64,000 bases of DNA, taken from positions 160,001 to 224,000 of the forward strand of contig CAWHTE010000007.1 of the NCBI GenBank assembly GCA_963832165.1, read 5' to 3'. Origin of the DNA: an uncultured delta proteobacterium (lineage in GTDB: Bacteria; Myxococcota_A; UBA9160; SMWR01). A model generated the notes under the pieces. That model had not been told where the DNA came from. It made no database searches and saw nothing but the letters and a program-made list of their open reading frames with translations. Both the position numbers and the translations under genes were made by a program. This document shows, piece by piece, positions 57,508 through 64,000 of this stretch (its first letter is position 1; each line of letters begins with the position of its first letter).

Positions 57508-59897
57508 CGAGGCGCGCGTCGACGCGCGAGTGCGGCGAGCACGGCGGCGCCGCTCGCGAGCAGCGCGAGCGACGACGGCTCGGGAAGCGGCTCGTACCAG
57601 ATCGGCGAGGCCCACGCGCGCTCCTCCACGGTATCGAAGGGCGTGACGGGCGATGCGCCTGCGAAGCCGAGCGAGTCTGCATTGCGCTCGATCGCGCAGC
57701 AGCCCTCATAGCCGCGCCAGTGCGACCACTCCCCCGAGAACACGCCGTTGCCGTCTAGCTTCGAGCAGTCGACCGGAGCGCCCGGCGCGCGCACGTGACA
57801 CTGCCAGGCGGTGTAGCGGCAGGTCGGGATCTCGAACGCGCGCGCGTAGTAGTAGGCGTCCTGGCTCGGATCGAATTCCGGGTCGCGCCAGAGCGCGCAC
57901 AGCCGCTCGGGATGCGTGGCCACGTTCACCGAGCAGTCCCCGTTCGGCTTGGTGACGGGTGCGCTCGTCGACGACACGTCAAAGGTCTTGGTCTTGAGCT
58001 CACCGTTCTCGACCCAGCCCTTCACGATGTCAGTGCGCTGGAGCGGGACCGCCTGCGCGCGGCCGAACGCCGGATCGTCGAGCGGATCCTGGCGCGCCCA
58101 CACGATCAGCGCGGGCGCCCGCTCCGGATCGGCATGCGGCGGGAGCACGCCGCCCATCGCGACACCTTCGAGTGCGCCCGAGTCGAGCGGGCTGCGTCCC
58201 TGATCGAGCGCATTGCACCAACCCTGGATCTGCTGCGACTCGAGGTCGTCCCAGGTCGCGAGCGCGCGGATCTCCATCCGCGTGCCCGAAGTCCCGAACG
58301 CCTCGCGGCGCTTCATCGCCGAGAACAGCGCGTCGCGCGTGTTCTCCTCGGCCCACAGCCCCGCGAGCCCGCCCGGGTTGAGCGGCCGGCTCCAATCGAG
58401 GAACTCGCGATCCTGGCAGTTCGTGTTTGCGTTCGGATCGCCCGGAGAAAGCGGATCGGCCTCGTTCGAGCAGCTCCAGAAGCCGAGCTGTTTCTTCGCC
58501 TCGTTGTCGAGCAGCCCTCCGTGTCCCTCGAACACCGCTTCCTGGGTGTTGCCGGCGGTTCCATTGTGATTGTCGCTCGAGCCGATGAAGCCGCCCTGAT
58601 ACGGATTGACGCCGACCACCGAGCGCATGCGGAGCCCGGCGATGTAGGAGTTGCGGACCATGTCCCACGGCGTCGTGCAGTCCTCGGGAGTGCTCGCGCC
58701 ATCGGGGGCCGCGGCGTCACAGCGCACATTGTCGGAGCTGCCCATCGTGAGATTCCGACACCAGGGCGCGTCGCTCGCGGGATTCGGCGGTGTCGAACAC
58801 CAGGCCGCGCATTGGGCCGGCAGCGTGCCGCCGTTCTTCGCGCGCGACTGCGGACCGCACACGTGCTTGTACTGTTCGAAGCCGCACGAAGTCTCCTCGC
58901 CCTCGAGAAAGTCGTTCAGGCCGGCTGCGCACTCCGACTGGCCCTTGTGCTGCGAGATCTCGACGAGCCGGTCCATGTCGTGGCGCGTCAGCGCGTCCTG
59001 TGGAGTCAGCGGAAGCGCGTCGCGCGCGATCGGCAGCCCCGTCAGCGGATCGGGCGGCAGGAACATCCGGCCGTCGGACAGATTGGGATTGTGTGGGATC
59101 GTGAGCACCTCACAGCCGGCGACGCCGATGCACTCGTTCTTCAGGTGATCGAAAAGCTTCCACTCGTCGTTCACGTTGGGATCGCCCTCGACCAGGTAGC
59201 CGCCGAAGTTCGTCGAGGGGAACACGTCGGCGGGACGCACGGTCCCGTTGAAGATCACGTTGCGGTGAAGCATCTGGCCGTTCTTGTTCGAGCTGAACTC
59301 GTAGCCGTCGAAGGTCGTGAACGAGCAGGGCTCGTTCTCCTCATCGTTCATCAGCTGGATGTCCTGCCAGGCGGTCCGACGGATCAGCTGCTGCTGCTCG
59401 AGCGTGCCGAGTACGATTGCCGTGGTCGGCGGAGTGTTGCCGCGCGCAAGCTCGCGGATGTTGTCGCGTGTGTTCTGCCCGAGCAGCTCGCAGACCGGAT
59501 TCGCTCCGGGGGGCAGCAGCCCGCCGGGACCGCCCTCGCAGACGTAGATCCAGCCGCCCAGGAACTCGGCGTGATCGGTCACGGCGGCGAAGTCGAGCGG
59601 GCGGTCGATCCGGACCGTGTGATCGCAGGTGTGGGGATCGCTGCTGTTGCCTCCGGCCGGCACCATGCACGCGGGCTCGCCCTTCGCGAAGCGCACCGCA
59701 TCGCGCGGGCTGTTGTTCGAGTTGAAGAAATAGGTGTCCAGCGAGTAGTTCGTGTGGATGTGGAGATCGCCGAAGAACGCCTGCTTCTTGCCGGACTCGC
59801 TTCCGAGGCACGACGGCGCGCCGAGCGCGGCCGAGGGCGACAGCGCCGCGAACAAGACCAGTGCGATGGTTGCGGGCAGAGCTCTCTTCGGGGGCAT
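57504..59897 (-). CDS. DUF3604 family protein with C-terminal PEP-CTERM sorting signal
   Basis: Signal peptide; FGDLHIHT, DFAAVTDHAE, LHRNVIF, IPHNPN, GSSDNH, EERAWASPIWY; tail LPEPSSLALLASGAAVLAALARRRAPR. Confidence 0.88.
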   Translation of the reverse strand: MPPKRALPATIALVLFAALSPSAALGAPSCLGSESGKKQAFFGDLHIHTNYSLDTYFFNSNNSPRDAVRFAKGEPACMVPAGGNSSDPHTCDHTVRIDRPLDFAAVTDHAEFLGGWIYVCEGGPGGLLPPGANPVCELLGQNTRDNIRELARGNTPPTTAIVLGTLEQQQLIRRTAWQDIQLMNDEENEPCSFTTFDGYEFSSNKNGQMLHRNVIFNGTVRPADVFPSTNFGGYLVEGDPNVNDEWKLFDHLKNECIGVAGCEVLTIPHNPNLSDGRMFLPPDPLTGLPIARDALPLTPQDALTRHDMDRLVEISQHKGQSECAAGLNDFLEGEETSCGFEQYKHVCGPQSRAKNGGTLPAQCAAWCSTPPNPASDAPWCRNLTMGSSDNVRCDAAAPDGASTPEDCTTPWDMVRNSYIAGLRMRSVVGVNPYQGGFIGSSDNHNGTAGNTQEAVFEGHGGLLDNEAKKQLGFWSCSNEADPLSPGDPNANTNCQDREFLDWSRPLNPGGLAGLWAEENTRDALFSAMKRREAFGTSGTRMEIRALATWDDLESQQIQGWCNALDQGRSPLDSGALEGVAMGGVLPPHADPERAPALIVWARQDPLDDPAFGRAQAVPLQRTDIVKGWVENGELKTKTFDVSSTSAPVTKPNGDCSVNVATHPERLCALWRDPEFDPSQDAYYYARAFEIPTCRYTAWQCHVRAPGAPVDCSKLDGNGVFSGEWSHWRGYEGCCAIERNADSLGFAGASPVTPFDTVEERAWASPIWYEPLPEPSSLALLASGAAVLAALARRRAPR

Positions 59898-59996
59898 CGG
59901 GAGCCTCGGGTACGGCGGGATCGAGGTCCGCCACTCTAAGGCCCGCGACCGCCCGGATTCAATGAGTGCTCGGTTAGGCTCCCAAACGGTCGGGGG

Positions 59997-61025
59997 TTAC
60001 CCGCCCCAACCCGCCTCGACGCGCGCGATCGTCCAGTAGGCCGCCACGGCCCCGATCGCGGCCGTCGCAATCGGCAGCGGCAGTCGCAGCCGCGACGGCA
60101 ACACGCGGCGCGCGGCGAACGCGCCCACGGCGATCACGGATACGAACAGCAGCTGGCCGGCCTCGACACCCAGATTGAACGCGAGCAGCGCAGCGCCGCG
60201 CGCCGACTCCGGGAGGCCCATCTGCTCCAGTGCGCCTGCGAAGCCGAAGCCGTGGAGCAGGCCGAACGCGAAGGCGACGAGCCACGGGCGCTCGAACGTG
60301 TACGACCGCCGTGTGCGCGAAGGAGCCACCGCGAGCTCGACGGCCAGCAGCAGGATGCTCGCGGGAATCGCGGCCTCGACCACGCGGTCGGGCAGCCGTG
60401 CGCCGCCCAGGATCGCCAGCGCGAGAGTGAGACTGTGAGCGGCAGTGAAGGCCGTGATCGTGCCGACGAGGGTGCTCGTCGAAGCGCGCGCGACCCGCAG
60501 GATCAGCATCAGGCACAGCACGAAGAGCAGGTGATCGGGGCCCGTGAGGATGTGCAGGATGCCGATCGGGAAGTAGGCCGCGACGCCGCGCGCGGGGTCG
60601 CGTCCCTCCGGCCCGAACACGAACGCCGTGTGGCTCGAATCGAGCACGGCGACGCGCAGCGTCCCATCGGCGAAGCGCATCGATACCGCGGCGTCCGGGA
60701 CCAGCGGAGAAAGACCGTCGATCGACACGCGCCGCCCGCGCAGGCCGCCCTCGCACTCGAGCGCGAAGCGCCGGATCAGCGCTTCGGAAGTTCGCTCGCC
60801 CTGCGACGGGCCGATCAGCGAGCACGCCTTCGGGAATCGCGGAATCACGGGTACGGCGAAGCCCTGCTCCTGGACCGGGATCTTCATCGTCACCTCGACC
60901 GCGCTGCCGCTCGTCTCGCGCAGGTCGAGGAACATCGAGCGGAACGAGTGGCCCGCAGCCGGCGCGCCCAGCAGCAGGACCAGCGCGATACCGGTGAGAA
61001 TCCAGACTGCGTGGCGCCCGTTCAA
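59997..61025 (-). CDS. HupE/UreJ family protein
   Basis: Signal peptide then AGHS; GILHILTGPDHLLFV, ITAFTAAHSLTL, FGLLHGFGFA, FNLGVEAGQL. TTG start overlaps the upstream TGA. Confidence 0.9.
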   Translation of the reverse strand: MNGRHAVWILTGIALVLLLGAPAAGHSFRSMFLDLRETSGSAVEVTMKIPVQEQGFAVPVIPRFPKACSLIGPSQGERTSEALIRRFALECEGGLRGRRVSIDGLSPLVPDAAVSMRFADGTLRVAVLDSSHTAFVFGPEGRDPARGVAAYFPIGILHILTGPDHLLFVLCLMLILRVARASTSTLVGTITAFTAAHSLTLALAILGGARLPDRVVEAAIPASILLLAVELAVAPSRTRRSYTFERPWLVAFAFGLLHGFGFAGALEQMGLPESARGAALLAFNLGVEAGQLLFVSVIAVGAFAARRVLPSRLRLPLPIATAAIGAVAAYWTIARVEAGWGG

Positions 61026-61879
61026 TCGGACTCCTCGGGCGCGTGCACCGCGATCGGATAGCGCGCGATCATCGCCTCGATCGCCTCGCGGTCGAGCGCC
61101 GCGCGGCGCTCGATCCGCCAGTCGCGCGCGAGCTTGTCGCGTACCTCGGTGAGATCCGCGGACCGCCCGGGCTCGCGCGCCGTGATGCGGACGAGGTGCA
61201 TGCCGAGGCTCGATGCGATCGGCCCCTGCCACGCGCCGATCGGAAGCGAGTCGAGCGCGGCGGCGAACGCGCCGCCGTAGCGATCGCGCAGAGCGTCGGA
61301 CGTGGCCGCGGAGACGACCGGACCCGTGGGCGCGGAGTCGCCGAGCTCGCGAAACCCCGCGCCGTCGATGCGCAGCTGCTCGAGCACTTGCGCGGCGTCG
61401 GCGACGAGCGACGCGCCGCGCCGTCCGCGCGAGAGAAACACCTGCTCGAAGCTCACGGTGGCCGCGTGGCCGTAGCGCATCGGATCCGCGTCGAGCAGCG
61501 CGCGCAGCTCGCCGTCACTGGGCTCCGCGACGGGATGAAGCTGTTCGAGCAGCTCCTGCATCTTCTGGGCGAGGCGGCGACGCACGATCACGTCGCCCGC
61601 ATCGAGGCCGATCCGCTGCGCCTCGCGCGTGAGCACCTCCTCTTCGATCCAGAGTCCGAGCACCGCGCGCAGCTGCGCGGGCGTCGGGATCTGGCGCGCT
61701 GCGTCCGGATAGCGATCGAGCAGCCGGCGCGCTTGCTCACCGCCGATGACGATCTCGGGCGTTCCGCCGCCCGGATCGCCCGATCGGAACAACGCATCCG
61801 CACCCAGCAGGGCGAGGCCGAACGCGAGGAAGAGCAGGAGAGGTTGCTCGGTCTGGAGCCGGGAGAGGAAGCGCCACAT
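61022..61879 (-). CDS. PpiC-type rotamase-domain protein
   Basis: EQPLLLFLAFG, IEEEVLTREAQRIGLDAGDVIVRRRLAQKM, VSFEQVF, WQGPIASSLGMHLV. Confidence 0.85.
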   Translation of the reverse strand: MWRFLSRLQTEQPLLLFLAFGLALLGADALFRSGDPGGGTPEIVIGGEQARRLLDRYPDAARQIPTPAQLRAVLGLWIEEEVLTREAQRIGLDAGDVIVRRRLAQKMQELLEQLHPVAEPSDGELRALLDADPMRYGHAATVSFEQVFLSRGRRGASLVADAAQVLEQLRIDGAGFRELGDSAPTGPVVSAATSDALRDRYGGAFAAALDSLPIGAWQGPIASSLGMHLVRITAREPGRSADLTEVRDKLARDWRIERRAALDREAIEAMIARYPIAVHAPEESD

Positions 61880-61967
61880 GCCCCCCTCCCTTTCCTTCGC
61901 GAAGTTCTGCGAGGCGTTCCGACGGGCCCAGTTTCCGGGCAGCCGCCGCGGGCCGTCAACTGGGCGA

Positions 61968-62019
61968 TTGACACGACCGCCAGCCGGGGGCTAAGGTGCG
62001 TTTCTGACGGTCCGTCAGA
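61968..62019 (+). promoter_or_regulatory. Sigma-70 promoter plus perfect palindromic operator
   Basis: TTGACA(61968-61973)-N18-TAAGGT(61992-61997), followed by TCTGACGG-T-CCGTCAGA (62003-62019). Confidence 0.65.
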
Positions 62020-62054
62020 TTCTGCCTAACTCCCCCCGCCAGCGAGGAAACCCC

Positions 62055-63191
62055 ATGCGCGAATACCGACTGATCGACGCCGACTGCCATGTCGTCGAGC
62101 CGCCCCACATCTGGGAGCGCTGGCTGCCCAAGCAGTACCACGATCGCGCACCCAAGCTGGTGAAGGACGAGGAAGGCGGCGACGCGTGGCAGTTCGTGAA
62201 GGACGGGCCGCTCATGCACATCGGCCTCGTCGCGACGCCGGGCATGCGCTTCGAGGACATGAAGTGGAAGGGGTACACCTACGACACCGTCCGCCGGGGC
62301 TGCTGGGAGGGCAAGTCGCGCCTCGAGGACATGGACTTCGACGGCGTCGACGCCGAGTTCATCTACCCGTCGCAGCGCACGATGTTCTCGTTCATGGGCA
62401 ACCCCGACCGCGACTATCACCGCGCGGGTGTGCGCGCCTACAACGACTACATGGCGCAGGAGTTCTGTGCGGCGGACCCGGAGCGGCTGTTCTTTCTGGC
62501 CCAGATGCCGAACCTGGGCGTGAAGGAAGGGATCGAGGAGCTGAAGCGCTGCCGCGAGATGGGCGCGCGCGGCTGCATCATCACCGCGTGGCCGGCCGGC
62601 GAGGACGACGTCACCGCGAAGGACGACGAGTTCTTCCGCGCCGCCGCTGACTTCGGCATGCCCGTCTCGATCCACATCAACATCCAGCGCAAGCGCAACA
62701 CGAAGCAATCGATCGAGGGTCCGGCGGCGATCGCGGGCATGGCGCTCGGAGGCTTCCTGAACTTCCCGCCGATCATGTTCGAGCTGATCATGGGCGGCCT
62801 GTTCGACCGGATCCCGAAGCTCCAGATCATCGGCGTGGAGACCGAGATCGGCTGGATTCCCGAGGCGCTCGAGCAGGTCGACAACTTCTACTGGCGCAAC
62901 CGCACGCACACGGGCGTCAACATCCGCCACCTGCCGAGCCACTACTTCCGCGAGAACTTCACCTGCACGTTCATCCAGGACCGCACGGGCATCCGCAACC
63001 GCCACGCGATCGGGATCCGCAACATCGCGTGGTCGACGGACTACCCGCACCACGGCTGCGACTGGCCGTACAGCCGCAAGATCGTGGAGGAGACGATGCT
63101 GGACGTGCCCGCGAGCGAGCGGTACTGGATCTGCGCGGGCAACATGGTGTCGCTCTACGACCTGCCGCAGAGCCTGGCGGTACCGCGCTAG
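62055..63191 (+). CDS. Amidohydrolase_2 family protein
   Basis: IDADCHVVEP, RAYNDY, SIHIN, VETEIGWIP, WSTDYPH. Confidence 0.88.
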   Translation: MREYRLIDADCHVVEPPHIWERWLPKQYHDRAPKLVKDEEGGDAWQFVKDGPLMHIGLVATPGMRFEDMKWKGYTYDTVRRGCWEGKSRLEDMDFDGVDAEFIYPSQRTMFSFMGNPDRDYHRAGVRAYNDYMAQEFCAADPERLFFLAQMPNLGVKEGIEELKRCREMGARGCIITAWPAGEDDVTAKDDEFFRAAADFGMPVSIHINIQRKRNTKQSIEGPAAIAGMALGGFLNFPPIMFELIMGGLFDRIPKLQIIGVETEIGWIPEALEQVDNFYWRNRTHTGVNIRHLPSHYFRENFTCTFIQDRTGIRNRHAIGIRNIAWSTDYPHHGCDWPYSRKIVEETMLDVPASERYWICAGNMVSLYDLPQSLAVPR

Positions 63192-63219
63192 AACGCACAG
63201 ATCGAGCTAGCTTCCGCGC

Positions 63220-64000
63220 GTGCCCAAGCACGTCGGAATCCTCACGAGCGGCGGGGACTGTCCGGGGTTGAACGCGGCGCTGCGCGGCTTCGGCCGCGCG
63301 GCGATCCAGGCCCACGGCATGGAAGTGCTCGGCTTCCTCGATGGCTTCCGCGGCGTGGTGCGCGACCGCACCGTGAAGCTCGACCTGGCTTCGCTCTCGG
63401 GGATCCTCACCGACGGCGGGACGATCCTCGGCACGAGCCGCGACAAGCCGCACAAGATGCCCGTGGGCGGCAAGGTCCTCGACATGACCGATGCGGTGGT
63501 CGAGACCTACGCGAAACACCGCCTCGACTGCCTCGTGTGCATCGGCGGCGGCGGCACGCAGAAGAACGCGCTGCGGCTGCAGAAGGCGGGGCTCAACATC
63601 GTCACGCTGCCGAAGACGATCGACAACGACGTCGCAGAGACCGACGTGACGTTCGGTTTCGACACCGCGCTACAGATCGGCACCGAGGCGATCGATCGGC
63701 TGCACTCGACCGCCACGAGCCACAACCGGATCATCGTGGTCGAGCTGATGGGCCACCGCGCGGGCTGGCTCGCGCTCGGCGCCGGCATGGCGGGTGGCGC
63801 CGACGTGATCCTGATCCCCGAGATCCCCTACGACCTCGAGAAGGTGGCCGCCGCGATCACGGCGCGCAGCAAGGCCGGCAAGCACTTCAGCATCGTGGCG
63901 GTGGCCGAGGGCGCGATGAGCCGCGAGCAGCACGCGCGCGTGCAGAATCTGCTGCGCCGCCGCGAAGAAGCGAAGAGCAAGGACGGTCGGCGCTCGTACT
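63220..64000 (+). CDS. pfkA: 6-phosphofructokinase (3' end outside window)
   Basis: Not in the ORF track; own translation [20 protein letters not shown]...GGTILGTSR...CIGGGGT...LPKTIDND...TFGFDTA...[10 protein letters not shown]...LIPE. Confidence 0.93.
   Translation, partial: MPKHVGILTSGGDCPGLNAALRGFGRAAIQAHGMEVLGFLDGFRGVVRDRTVKLDLASLSGILTDGGTILGTSRDKPHKMPVGGKVLDMTDAVVETYAKHRLDCLVCIGGGGTQKNALRLQKAGLNIVTLPKTIDNDVAETDVTFGFDTALQIGTEAIDRLHSTATSHNRIIVVELMGHRAGWLALGAGMAGGADVILIPEIPYDLEKVAAAITARSKAGKHFSIVAVAEGAMSREQHARVQNLLRRREEAKSKDGRRSY

Overview
High-GC, gene-dense chromosomal window (roughly 70% GC by eye) from a diderm bacterium. An outer-membrane barrel, a PEP-CTERM tail, lipoproteins and c-type cytochromes point to a Myxococcota/deltaproteobacterial-type lineage (inference). 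About 58 CDS; no rRNA, tRNA, CRISPR array or transposase was seen. Content from left to right: (i) an operon of a TPR/beta-barrel protein, a secreted Thr/Ser/Gly/Val repeat protein and an ECF sigma factor; (ii) an AhpD/CMD-family gene with an in-frame TGA in a CxxU motif and a SECIS-like hairpin (probable selenoprotein), convergent on a sulfur-assimilation operon (sulfite reductase, hypothetical, rhodanese, DUF4202, cysteine synthase); (iii) many Actinobacteria-like lipid/steroid catabolic genes (a Rv3521-ltp4-ltp3-like aldolase cluster, paired acyl-CoA dehydrogenases, 5 crotonases, 4 amidohydrolases, 2 P450s, F420-dependent enzymes), with metG, gpmI and pfkA interspersed; (iv) a ~1775-aa secreted protein, broken by one frameshift, that fuses a galactose-oxidase-type copper-radical oxidase to a di-heme peroxidase-like domain behind a perfect CRP-type site; (v) two DUF3604 metallo-hydrolase-like genes, one with PEP-CTERM and linked to PpiC and HupE/UreJ genes. 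Three frameshifts look like assembly indels. A short dispersed repeat occurs four times, once in-frame inside a gene. All family calls come from motif recognition by eye; no database search was run.
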